A DNA stretch of 62,239 nt, filler included, from Jimgerdemannia flammicorona (lineage: Eukaryota), in the NCBI GenBank assembly GCA_003990765.1. It is 3 parts of 3 records of this genome, joined end to end, with 100 filler letters (N's around TTAATTAATTAA, not from the genome) between each part and the next. Parts side by side here need not be neighbours in the genome. Positions count along the whole stretch, not along the records: positions 41,562 to 62,239 come from RBNJ01001616.1; 2 more parts are not named here. One strand, 5' to 3'. Positions 41,562 to 54,142 of the stretch are shown piece after piece. A program made the position numbers and the translations under genes. Positions within the stretch are counted from its first letter, which is position 1; every line of letters begins with the position of its first letter. Under the pieces are notes generated by a model, which was given only the letters and a program-made list of their open reading frames with translations, did no database searches and was not told the DNA's origin.

Positions 41562-42284
41562 GAGGGGGGAGGGGGGAGGGGGGAGGGGGGAAGGGTTCAC
41601 TTACTCTGGACCTTTGCGGACTGGAAGGCGTTCCGGAGGGAGACGGACATTATTTCTCAAATGGTGGTGGCAAGCGATGGGGCGATTTTTCAGTATATAT
41701 ATATATATGGAAATGATCTCCGAGCAAGTCACAAGTCACCCTGACTACATCGCTGTTGTCTGACTCACCATTAGAATTATATTCGCCGTGCCCCTTTTAC
41801 TCCCGCCGATCAAGATCATTGCTCGAGTTCAGATCAGATTGGTCGAGCCAATTGATTTCACAAAGGATTGAAAGGATTGGTGCAGCCATTTCTTGTTCTA
41901 CAATCTGATTTTGGCACTGGATAATTCTTGTTCTTCAACCCGGCATAGAACGTCTTATGCGACAGAGGTGCGCTAGAAGAAACAAAAAAAAAAAAAAAAA
42001 AAAAAAGGAAATTCCTCCTGCGATTGGTTTCAAAACGCTAGATAATATTAGATGGTCCACAGTAACCAACAATGGACTAGAAACCCATGCTGAATGACAA
42101 AGGATTCTTGAACGGATTTTCACGTTTACACTTTTGATTGCTCGGGTGATGTCAGGTTCAAGTAATTATTTGGGATGATTGTGTGTGGATGTGGCCCATG
42201 CACGTGCGTCACTTAGAATGAATCAGGAAATCCGATTTTTGGCCCACCCCTGTCTTCTCTCCGCTCCCATAGCGTACTCGCACA

Positions 42285-43597
42285 ATGGACTACCTCCTCA
42301 ACGCCGCTGATCACCTGGTCCTCGATGCCGTCTATGCCACCCTTTTCCCCCTCGCCACAAATGCCACCACCACCACCACCGCTAGCGCCTTCCTTTCGAG
42401 CCTGCCGCGCGACAATGACCTCCGCATATGGCTTTCTCTCTTCGTTCTGGTCTCCCTCGGTGGCTGGATCTTTTACTTCGCGCTCGCCTCCGTCTCCTAC
42501 TTCCTATTTTATGACAAGGAGCAAATGAAGCACCCGCGCTTCCTCAAGGATCAGATCAAGCTCGAAATCATCTGCGCCTCCACTGCCATCCCTGGGTTCA
42601 CTATCCTGACCGTTCCATTCTTCTGGCTAGAGTTGAAGGGATACTCGAGGCTTTACGAGGATCCCGCCGAGTATGGTTACGTGTATCTCGCGCTCTCCGT
42701 GGCAATGTTCTTGTTCTTCACTGACATGGGCATCTACTTCATCCACCGTGCTGAGCATCATCCTTCGATCTACAAGCGTGTGCACAAGGTATGACCCGTT
42801 TCAACGAATGAGCAAAGACTTGGTTTTCGAAACATGTTCAACCGAGCTTGTCGTACAATGCGAGCCGAGCTTTTATGTACTCTAATACAGACTATTCTTC
42901 AAATTCCTCTCTAACATAGCCGCACCACAAATGGATCGGTGAGTTTCATCTGCCAATCTTATCTCTTGCCTGCAACCACCTTTCGATCATCGCTAACATT
43001 TATTCTGTATATTTTCAAACAGTTCCGACTCCCTTCGCCTCGCATGCCTTCCATCCCGTAGATGGCTGGCTTCAGTCTCTTCCCTACCACATTTTCCCCT
43101 TCGTTTTTCCATTGCACAAGGCCCTATATCTCATTTTATTCGTCTTAGTCAATGCGTGGACTGTCATGATTCATGATGGTGGGTAGCGTTATCTTTGACA
43201 TTAAGGCGCTGTGGGGTAAAGGAAAGAAGCGGGGGGAAGAACCACGGGATTTGCATGCAATTTCGGGGTCGTCGATCTCGTATGATCACCTATGTGTGGC
43301 GGCCATCATTTCCACACATCACCTCACATTTCTCCTTTCGTCCCGACCTCATCAGGCAACTACTTCCTTCGCTCAAGCGTCATCAACTCATCCGCACATC
43401 ACACAGTTCACCACCTCTACTTCAATTACAACTACGGTCAATACTTCACCCTGTGGGACCGTATCGGTGGATCTCATCGCCAGCCCACGGACGAACAATA
43501 CAATACTGAGCTCAGGAACGACCGCAAGATTTGGCAGAAACAAGCGAAAGATTCGGACAGTATTGATGCTAAAACTGAGGTCAAGAAGACTAATTAA
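42285..43597 (+). CDS. ERG3: C-5 sterol desaturase; exons 42285-42788, 42920-42938, 43023-43178, 43356-43597
   Basis: His boxes [62 protein letters not shown] introns give a continuous frame. Confidence 0.95.
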
Positions 43598-43859
43598 TGG
43601 AAGATCTGGGTTCGGTCCCAGTGTAATGGAGCCTTAAGAATTCGGTGTGGTTTGTTGGACAGGCAGTGAATCAGAAATACCCAGATAAAAGTATCTATAA
43701 AATAGAAGTATTGGAGGGTTTTGGTATTTATTTCCATTTATTTTGTAATCTATACAAATGTACCTTCAGACCTGGTTTCCTGGGCCTATAATGGGATAGA
43801 AATAACACATTACATCCTGAGCCATCATAACCGTCGTGCGATTTTGTCATCAATTATCC

Positions 43860-46800
43860 TTATTCAGTCATCAATACATCATCCAAATCCTCTTGTCCCC
43901 CTTTCCCGTCTTCGTCTCCCTTCTCCTTGCTCTGTCTGGATTCATCATCTCGTTTCTCCACCTCCCCGTTCTCAGTTTCATCTTCTTGATCATCCTCTTC
44001 GGTCTCTGTGTCCAACACCAACATCCTCTTCCGATCTCGCGCCAGGAGCCCCACAATCCGCCGACCCTCACGCCCATTCGTTGCCAGCGTCACCGCTTCA
44101 AACTGGGTGAGGACACGGGAGCGGGCCGCTATGAAACCCGGCTGGTCGGAGACGAGCTAATATAAAAGGAGTCGAATCAAATTTCCAAAGTAAACGATGA
44201 AATAGCCGAATAAGTAATCCTAAAAAGCAAGTGCCACGAGTTTTTTTTTTTTTGGAACAAAAAATGTACCAGATGCTTCATCGCATGATCCACCATGCTA
44301 AAATCTACACTTTCTCCCATGTCAACGCCCCTGCCAAAGGTGTTTTCGGATGTCATTGATCGGTAGTCTGCTTCCGTGTAAGCAAAAGACGCAAGATGAC
44401 GTTTCTCGTTACCTTAGAAGACAATAAAAACACAAAGGGAGTCAGTTCCAGGCAAGTAAACAGGAGTGTCCCGTTGGTCATTCAATTTCTACCAAATACA
44501 ATTAGGGTTGATCTACGGTCGTAGTCAGAACCTTCGTCAAACCTACCATCATCGCCCACTTCTCTGAGCACAACGCACAATATTTCGTCATCGTAGAACT
44601 CCATATCTAAGAGATCCAGCGATCCCGAGCCTTGCGCTCCTTCGTCGTCCTCTGCGGATATACTCTTAAGCAGGACACATGCGACCTCGACATGCCAATG
44701 AACTGGCGTCGTTATGGATATAGTAGATGGTGGTAAATGACGGAAGCGAGCGACCCAAACTATAAAGAGAAGAATTCCGAAGGACAGGTATCGCGAAGCA
44801 TCGATCGGGTTAGAGAATAGTGAAGGAGAATCTTTTGGGAAGTGGGCAAAGATCATGCAGCCAAACAATGACTAACGTGAGGGAGGTGTTGCGTCTACAC
44901 CTTGTAATCCTCTTGGTCGAACATACGCTACATATTGATATACCGCGGCGTCCTATGAAATACACAGATAACAATATCCAATATGAACACGCCCAATACA
45001 AATCGTCAATGCCAAATGAAGAATATTCAAAATTTAACGGCGAGAACGCGTACCTTTTCTACTATTCTCATCTGCGTCAGTAACCCTCTCCTTTGCTCAT
45101 GTTCGTTCCCGCCCTCGCCCTCGACCCCGTTATGGATTTCCTCTTCTCCAGATTTCGTCAGCTCGACGCTCCCCAACATTCGCAGGCTCTGGCCAATCAG
45201 GTTCGCCGACGTATCGAACACCCGCCCGCACATATCCCCGAGCCGGTCCGAGAAACCGCGAAGGGTAGGACGCGTCATGTTGGACGGTAGTTCCGATGGG
45301 AAGACAAAAGTATACGGGTATGCTGGTCGGCGAAGTTGCCTTGCTGGCTCCGGCTGCGACCGGAGGTTGCGAGGTGGTGGGATGGACGTCTGCGCCGAGG
45401 AAGTGTCGAGATCGCCGCCGGGTCGGAGGGGGAATTCGCAAGGCGGTAGGAACGGTTCGAGAGACTCGTCAGGCTGGCGGACAAAAAAGGATGCGAGACG
45501 GTCGGATGTGAAGGAGGTCTGGAGGAATTCTGCGACGCGGATGGTGTCAATGGCGACGTACGGGCGATCGGACGGGATCTGTTCCGTAGGTTGGACCGAC
45601 TCGACAACTGTTGCGTGGGAAGGATGTCTCATGAGAGCTAAGAGGGCAGCTCGTACTTGGAGTAGGAGTCGTCAACATGACGGTATTGCTACATACTTAC
45701 TGACATGTAACCATTTCGCAAATTCCTTGAAATTCCGCAACTCCACGTTCAGCATTTTCAGAAGCTCTTGGAGTCGTCCAACGAAACTTCCCGCGAGCAT
45801 AATACACGAGTGCACAAACGGCTCTTCGAGGCCCACGGGACCGAATCGTTCGTACCTTTGAATGCAAGCGGGTTTGCGAATTGCATTGAAAACATTGTAT
45901 ATAGAGAAAATTTAAAACCACACCTGCCTAAACTGACCAAACCATTCCTCTCTTGAAAATAATAATAATAATGCAAGAAAATCGTTGAATACCATCTGCT
46001 ATATCCGTTTATGTCGCTTAAATGAACAATCAGTCGTTCGCACGCCGGTTGGATGTATTCATGTACCAGTTTGCGCATGTTCAGGTATCCACTCTCGGCT
46101 TGACGTTCCCATTTTTTTAGGCCCTGTTATACGAATGAGAGTTGGGCACAGGAACGAAAAGAGACGATTCGAGAAGCACACGACATAACGTTAATTTCAG
46201 GTAGAGCTTTGAGGGATTTACAAGAGACCAAGGGAGACCATACCCGTTCCGTGAGTTCTCGTTGCAAGTACTGTTGAAGCGGCTCACTGGGGGTACCAGT
46301 GGCAAGTATTCCCAAAAACTCAATCGTCGGTGTCGTTGAAGTTTCTATAAATTGCGATGCCAGATATCCGAATGATAGTTCGTCCTCACAATATAACTCA
46401 CATCTCTGTCGCCTTCGTCTTCATCCACGATTACGGAAATGCGTGCTCCATCCAGGTAAATACCCACAAAGAGCCTAGAGAGCGGTCACCCACCATTATG
46501 GTCCAGGAGAACTCGTTCAAACACCTCCAGATTCTTTTTCGTCAGTTCTACCACCCGATCGTAATCCTCTTCCGTGGCCCGTACGCCCTCGGCAATGTAA
46601 TTGATGAGGAAGTTCACCTGCGTGCTCTTGAGGCTAAGGGAGCGAATCTCGGACTTACGGGTGTGCAGTAGATTGGTGTCGAGCATGAGCATGCGTTGCT
46701 GCGAGGAGTTAGCTTCATGTATGACGAGGTTGATGGCGGACAGGTCAGGGGTTACGGAGGCTCGAACAATATTGGGGTGCTGAAGAACTCACGATCATTA

Positions 46801-47901
46801 GCGACGTGAGCTGCGGTTGTCAGGAAAAGCCGGAAGGATGATGACGACGCAAGATTCGATTTACCCTCAATGGGAGCTTCGTTATTTTGGACAAGGAAAC
46901 GACGCCAAGGTAGAAAATTCCAAAGACACTGTCGTATTCACGCGGAACGGCGCAAGGAAATATTGCAACATCCCTTTAGCATCAATTGAAAACTCAACCC
47001 ATATGCAATGTCCTCCCAGCTGATCTCATCACCGTGATAGAATTGTCCGTCAATACCTCGCTCACCTCAGATGGAAATTCCCCTCGCTGTCGCCTGCCAC
47101 AAGCAAATTCATGGAACCTCCTGCCTCGTCCTGGACGATGGCGCGGTTGGCGGTACCTTCTCGCTGGGTAGAGGCGAAGACGCCTGCGCTGATATCAAAC
47201 AATTGGGTGTCCAATGAGCATCAGGGAAAACACGTAGGACATGAGAACATGGCGAAGCTTGAATGAACCGGTGCTCACCCTGACGTTGCGTTGGGTATTA
47301 CGCTCAGTTGCGGCATGTATTGCGTCATTTCGAAACGGCGAAGAGCAGATTCCTGTAAAAGGGGAATGGGTACAAAGTGCGAATGGCGGATTTAAAGACT
47401 TTTAGCAGCTTTCCCTCAAAATTAACTTCAAAGTATTTAGGCTCGGTTTCAATGTCCTACCAAATGATGCATGGTCCTTTTTTTCACACTTTCCTCGGCC
47501 CAATGGAGACAGGTGACAGGAGCTGGATTCTCGGAGCCAGACGTGCCGAGAATGGTGTGAACAACCTCTGCGGTATTCACGTCGTAGAGCTTGACCACAC
47601 CAGTTGAATAGCCGATGGCGAGAACCTTGCCTGCACGTGGCAATAGCAGGGAGTTTAGATGTTGTCAATGCTGCCGGGCACCCTAAATAAGATATATACC
47701 GTCTGGTCTCCACGCCACGGCGCCCACGGTTGTGTCCTTTGGAGGGGGCAAGGACCAGACTTTCTGCCAGGTGATGATGAACCTGTAGAGGGCAAGGTCG
47801 CCGAGGGTGGACAGAGTGATCAGCAGGTCCATTGTGGGACACCATGAGAAGAATCGAACACGTTCGGGGAAGGCCTTGTCGGAGAGGAGGTGGTAAGGCA
47901 T
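43860..47901 (-). CDS. APC4: Anaphase-promoting complex subunit 4 (multi-exon)
   Basis: N-terminal WD40 SWCPTMDLL..WRPDG/KVLAIGYSTGVVKLYDV; central LLATGTPSEPLQQYL and LVHEYIQPACERLIVHLSDING; C-terminal DMEFYDDEILCVVL, LATNGREGRR and an acidic tail. Confidence 0.9.
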
Positions 47902-48071
47902 TTTCGGTGGTAAGCAACAAGGCGAGAAACGCGAAGTCAGTCACATAAGGTAATTAAATGAATAAAATGACGTCACATGCTTGGTCTCCCTCTTCAACTT
48001 CCCTTCCTCACCTCCTCACCTCCTCACCTCACCTCCTCACCTCCTCACCTGAACCCCTTGGACCTCAAGCC

Positions 48072-51000
48072 ATGGGAGACACAACAACCCACCTCCTCTA
48101 CGACATAAACATCTCCGCAACATGGTCAACCGAACAAGACACCACAAACTCCCATGACTCACCCGCACTCTCTTACCGTCGCGTCGCAAACGTGCTCGCG
48201 CGTGAGCTCGACGGCATTATCGTTTCAACTACCGTCCCTCCAGCTTTACTCCAGACGCTTCCAAAACTCAGAAGCGATTGGCAGCTCTCCCTCTCTCCTG
48301 ACGGTCAACTTCTTGCCGTCTTTCAGGAGAGCAGAATAGAGATTCGCCCCAAAAAGAGCGAGTTTGAAACTGCGCACGCTTACTACAACACAGGGCGGGA
48401 TCCCTTTTCCAAATGGCGCAAGCTGGCCTGGAGTCCCGACTCAAAGCTGGTGGTCGCATCGAGGAGCGACGGGACCGTCGAGGTTCTAGACACCGAAGGA
48501 AAGCTCGTGTGCGCAATCATGTCCAAACTGGCAGCCAATACCTCCGCCACAGCTTTTGCGGAGCCGACCGACCCTGCAACCGACTCCAACAACGATACGG
48601 GTCACACTGCGTCTCCGCCCTCCAATCAATTGGATTTTGCTTCTTCCCGCACCTTTTTCATCGAACCTTTTGCCCACGTCGCGTTCGTGGACCCCCGCCG
48701 TGGTCTCCGTAAACCTCGTACTGTCGAGGGTCACGTGTATGCCTACGAATTGCTCACCGTTACCTATAACGGCACGGTGCGAAGTTACCTCCTGAACACC
48801 GCCGAAACCGCCGCCTCGTCTTCAGGCAATCCCGCGATGCGTCTACCGCGGTCTACGACCACATACGTCACTGATCAACAGAACTCCGATCCGAATTACT
48901 TCGTGTTCCATCATCGCTTCTCGGTGGCGCCGTGTATGGCGGCCGTGACGTGCGGTGTTGTGGACGCACAAAAAGGGGTGTTGTGCTTGGGTGGGAGGCT
49001 ACGTGGGCCGCACGTGAAAGCTGGATTAAACGAAAAGGGAGAGGACGACGAATATGTGGCTTCGGGGATGACATTTTGGAAGATGACGTATGAGCAGCCG
49101 TATTACCAGAGATTAGAGTCATCCGATGGGGGTGAAAGCGTTGGTGCGGACGGCGACGATGCGATGAGCTATCTGGCTCAATTCAAGGGTGCGGTGGCGA
49201 GCCTGACCCATTACGGTGCCCGCGCACACTGGAACGAACTCGTACTGACGATCGTTCCCTCACCAGATTACCAGCATGTTGTGACGCTAGACCTTTCGGG
49301 CACTGTTCGAGTTTGGCGAACCTTATGGCATCACAAGGATCACAAGTCCGGCGATCATCCGGCCGTGGCACTCTCGCATACTTGGGACCGCTCCCAGCTC
49401 AACCACTTTGCGCGGTCTAAAGAGTACTCAGATCTGTCTTCATCCGCTCTCGCGAAACAGATTGAATCCCATCATCGCGATGGCGATGACCTTGCAATGA
49501 TACCTGGGCTGGAGAACGGACGGGTGGTATCCATTCAGTGGTGGTCCGCGGATGCATTGATTCTTGGCTACGCCCGTGGCACCGTCATTATCGCGCGATT
49601 GCCCCTCATGAATAATATATTGGGCACACAGCCAGAGATCTTTCGCTCGTGCCTTGAGATCGCCGCGACATCAGCACACGATCAGTTCTTGGTGTTAGAG
49701 TACGCCACGAAACGACTCAAGGCTCAGGTGCAGGGCGAGAGACTCGTGGCCCTCCCGCAAGACTCCGAACCGGAATCCAACAATGACCTGCCAGCTCTCG
49801 ACTTTGATGTGGAGCTTTCGACCTCTCCTCTCTCGACCCCACTCGTGCGCGTCGTCACCGCGCTTGCACGCTCGCTCCTACGGCTCCTCTCCTCTCAGCC
49901 GACCGTTGACATCACCATTTCACAACGTCACGTGCGCCTCATTCGCGCAACCTTGATCCTACCACTAGAGTACCTGCACCAAAAGATTTCCGCGGAAGAG
50001 TACGACGCCGCGCTGATAGTGGCGAAGGATTTCGGGCTCGACGCCGACGTAGTGTTCCAGGCGCAGTGGCGAACGGTAAAGGTCGTCGACATGGAGGTCG
50101 TAGGACGGGTGTTGGGGAGTATCAAGAACAAGGAGTGGGTCGTTCGCGCGTGTTTGGAGCGCGTTCCCAGAAACCTGGAGGAGGCGAAGACATTGTTCGA
50201 ATACGGGCTGAGACAGACAGATGTAATGATGAGACAGGTAGTCGAGAAGGTTGGGGGGGGGGCGGGGGCGGGTCGCGGGGAGATTCAGGTGGTGCTGTCG
50301 AAAGAGGAAAGAGTGATGCTGCGCAGTCGTCTGCGCTTCTTGACATACTTGGACCGCCTGAAAACGTTTGAGGAGATTACGAAACCCCGCGCGGAGCTTG
50401 CAAAGAATGAACACGGGGTGCAACATGATCAAGATACGACGCATGACGGGGGCGCGTTAGGAGTAGGGGATGGCTTAGACTCCTATTTTGTATCAGGTTA
50501 CACCCGCTTCCGCAATGCCGACCTTGTGTCGGAAGCTGTTGCCTTTGCGCGCTCAGAAGACTTTGATGCGCTCGCTGGGTTGTTCACGCGACATGGTGAG
50601 GAGGTATTGCCTTACCGGCTCGCAATTTTGGAAAATGTTCCCGAGACAACAGACCCCGACGTGTACGAGCGATTTTTACCCAGAGTGGTGTGCTCGGACG
50701 ACGACGAGGAGGAACAGGAGGAGGAGGAAAGGCAAGAGGCGCGTTGGCGCGAGGAGCCGTGGCGAGAGAAAGATTGGATCGAGCGAGAGGCAGTAAGAAA
50801 GTTGGTGGTTGGATTAGATGATGAAGATGAGGATCAGCCTCGCAAAGGAGCGACCGAAGCGCTTGAGCCGACGCCCTATCCGGCCCCTGCCTCGACCATC
50901 ACGCAGTGGTACGTGGCGCGTGCGCACGCCATCGACGAGCACTCGGGACAGGTGAATCATGCGCTCACGCTGGTGCAACAGGGTGTTGCGGGTGGAGTAC

Positions 51001-53079
51001 GGGGTTTGGAGCGGTTGGAGGAGGATCTGACAGCGTTGTCGAGGCTCGTGTATGAGTGTTGTCCGGACACATCGAGCGTGGCGACTGAGCTGGATTTGGT
51101 TGCGTTCGAGGCATTGGCGGAACCGGAAGTAGTGGAGCTGTATTTGAGGGGTACGAATGCCGAGAGGATTGTGGAGGATATGCGGAGGTTCGTTGTACCG
51201 TATTTGAGAGCGATACGGAGACGGAGGGCGAGAGAAGGAAAAGGAAAACTGAAGGATGGAAAACTGGAGGACGTCATGGAGCTATTATATCAATACTTGC
51301 TCAATGTGTCAGTCGAGCATCTGGATAGGTGCTGCCTCGTGATCGAGGCGTCCAAGCCAACACTGTCGTATGAAGAACGTGTCATTACAGACGACGTGGA
51401 GCTTGCAAGAGTCGCCTTGGCCGTTCTATACGGCAGCGATGCTGTCGATCAACTCCCTCTCGTAACTCGCATCTTCGAATCGCTTCCCGTATTCGAAGAC
51501 ATTGACGATGCCTCCGCCGCAGAAGAGAACCAAGTCTCACCCATCAACATTCGCACTCTGTCCCCGCGTCTTGGGCCACACGACTTCTTCCCCGCCCTTC
51601 GCACCTTCGATGAACGTGCCTTGACCAGCGCCATTGACCAGCTTGAGATCCACCTCAACGCTGCTGAGATATTATCCCGCTACTTGGCTGCCGTGCCGTT
51701 GCGATGGTTTTTGCAGAGCAGTGGCGATGTAGATGCTCAACGCAAGCTCTGCGTCAGGCTAGCAGCGCAGGCTGCTGGGGGTGTAGAGAAGGGCGGAGAG
51801 CGGCTTGAGAGCGAGGACGAGTGGATGCTGTTGCTAGAGGACATGCTCAAGTTACAGGATGGTGGAGCGGGAGTGTTAGGCACAATACCGGAGGAGGAGA
51901 TGCATACACATTTCGTGACCAGTTTATTGCGATGTGGCAGTATCCTTTCGAAAAGTGCGAGTCCCAATGGCTGTCGATACTTGTTTTAATACTAATCCCA
52001 TGTTATATTCTGCATTCATCTTTGACCCTTGATTTTGTCCTATGGATTTTTCGAAACCTTTCCTCTGATAGGATTCCGACTTGCACGCGAAGTTCTTTTC
52101 CCTCAGGACCGGCCAAGACCTCTGGACCTTCAAGTGACGGAAAAACTGGTCATCGATGCTTCTAGAGAGTTCTTTGATAATGCTGAATCCGGAAACATGA
52201 ATACCGGGAACCTCAAGTTGGCATATGAGTGGTTGGTATCTAATCTTTGTACATGAGATATATGTTTTGTCTTTCTAACAAAAGGTATCGTACTGGCACT
52301 CGTTCTTCCGCAGTCTTAAGATCGTTTCTGCATCGCCAGCGATCCGAGCGGAGCTCGACCTGATTGAAGCGACGCATCAGCTTACCGAGTACAAAGTATA
52401 TCACCGCCCAGGCATACGCATAATGCCGATACAAATCCGCCAGGCATCCAACCGCCTGGACCTCATCTCTCGCCTCCTGAGTACGAATCCAGAAGCCTAC
52501 CGACAATCCTCCCGGATTGTTGAGCTCGCACGAAAACTTGGATACCGCAATGATCGTGTTGCAGAGATCCGCGTGATGGCGATGCTGGCCGACGCCGCCC
52601 TGCGTGACGAGCATTATGAGGTCACGTACCACATGTGCATGGATTTGGTCGAAAAGGGACGCAAGGCTGCTACTCCCTTAGGCAATTCCACGACCAAAAC
52701 CGAGATCAACGACGTTTCGTGGCGGATATGCTACGAAGTAGGTAAAAACGAGGCTTATCGCGATCTTGAGAAACGCATGACGCTGATCGCTCTTGCGTTG
52801 ACCATGTGCCCGCGCGAGCATGCGGTCGACATCTTGAATGTTTGGCGGCGGCTTGAGGTCGAGATGGCGGCGTCCATCACAGCGCAGGCCGCCGCTGCGC
52901 AGAAATCAAGTTCCACCAGCCTGTTAAATCAATGGGCGACGCTTGGTGGAGTTCTTTCGTCGGGAGATACTGATGCACATCGTCACGCGCACAAGGGACA
53001 GCAGCCGCATCAGGAGGGAGTAGAGACGGGTAGAAAGAGAGATCAGATAAAGAAAATTGTGGGCGGATGGTTGTGGTAG
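48072..53079 (+). CDS. NBAS: NBAS/Sec39 tethering-complex subunit; exons ~48072-51939, 52072-52231, 52314-53079 (alternative in-frame ATG at 47958)
   Basis: N-terminal beta-propeller DPFSKWRKLAWSPD; LTYLDRLKTFE; HGEEVLPYRLAILENVPETTDP; WYVARAHAIDEHSGQV; LVIDASREFFDNAESGN; MPIQIR. Confidence 0.9.
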
Positions 53080-53313
53080 ATGGGCTCAGTTAACATTGTT
53101 GTCTTTGTACTCAGGAACAACAATAATGGAGCTTTTTGTGGTTGAGCTCTCATAGTTTTTGACCAATTGTATTTTAGTAATCATGCAATATCTCGAGTAT
53201 AATTGTATTCTCTATTGCTTTTAGTGTTTCTGAGTCGAGAGAGAGATATATAGAATATACATTGTATTAATCCGGATCAAGATTGATCCCGTCACGAATG
53301 TCTGGTCGGATCC

Positions 53314-53802
53314 TCATGAAGACTCCCTCATCTTCTTTGCCTTCACGCCAGCAGCTTCTATCGCAATTGGAGGTTTATAAGAGTAATTCCACCCTTCCGT
53401 CGCCGGCGTCTCTGTAGGTATCTTCATTTGTCTTGGGAATGTGACATGTCTGTTTCCCAACATGGCCCCACGGAACAGCTTCGGGTTCGTCCGCTCGAGC
53501 TCCACCATGGCCTCGCGCATCTTGCGAAACTTGCGTTCGAGGTCCGCATCACGCGCCTCCCGCTCCAACATTTTGACGAGCTTCCAAGCTCTCTCGATTG
53601 TCTCATGTCGCTCTTGGTCTTCCTCGGAGAGTTCGAGGGGTTCGCGGGGGGGCAGCTCGAAAAGGACCTTTTTGATCAGATCAGTCCGAACGTCGGGGGA
53701 GGAAGAGGAGGAGGAGGAGGGCTGAGCAGCAGCGCGAAGTAGGAAGACACGGGTGGTGGAGAGGGTTGATAGCGCGGCTCGGCGTAGGAAAGGGCTGGCC
53801 AT
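53314..53802 (-). CDS. MRPL28: Mitochondrial ribosomal protein mL40 (yeast Mrpl28 family), intronless
   Basis: Arg/Ser-rich presequence MASPFLRRAALS; ERHETIERAW; MREAMVEL; FPRQMKIPTETP..GW. Confidence 0.85.
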   Translation of the reverse strand: MASPFLRRAALSTLSTTRVFLLRAAAQPSSSSSSSPDVRTDLIKKVLFELPPREPLELSEEDQERHETIERAWKLVKMLEREARDADLERKFRKMREAMVELERTNPKLFRGAMLGNRHVTFPRQMKIPTETPATEGWNYSYKPPIAIEAAGVKAKKMRESS

Positions 53803-54142
53803 GGTTCGATTCTGTTTGCCCTCAGTCGCGTCGCTATTTCCCAAAATTTTGTCGACTCTGACGTCATCAGTGTTCCACGCACGTGGCGTGAAGGAAGGTC
53901 CTGCGCCACAGTTAGATGTATACTACATAGTGATCTACATCTTACAAGTGACGAATCGATATATGACACTCTAATCTAGTTAATCAAATAGGTGGTGCTT
54001 TTTAACTATGACGGAATTTTGTAGGCGTGGCATTTCTTGTTCTCAAGCACACCACTAGTAATTTCAAATGCTACGAGGTTTTCCATCATTGTTCAGATTA
54101 CGTATGTCAACTGCCAACCCTTCGTGAATTCCACAACCACAA

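Noticed and set aside
41690..42210. Possible sterol-regulatory/E-box sites upstream of ERG3 (GTCACCCTGAC, CACGTG)
   Set aside because: Short motifs expected by chance; no comparative support.
44983..45861. 292-aa plus-strand ORF
   Set aside because: Antisense shadow of a GC-rich APC4 exon.
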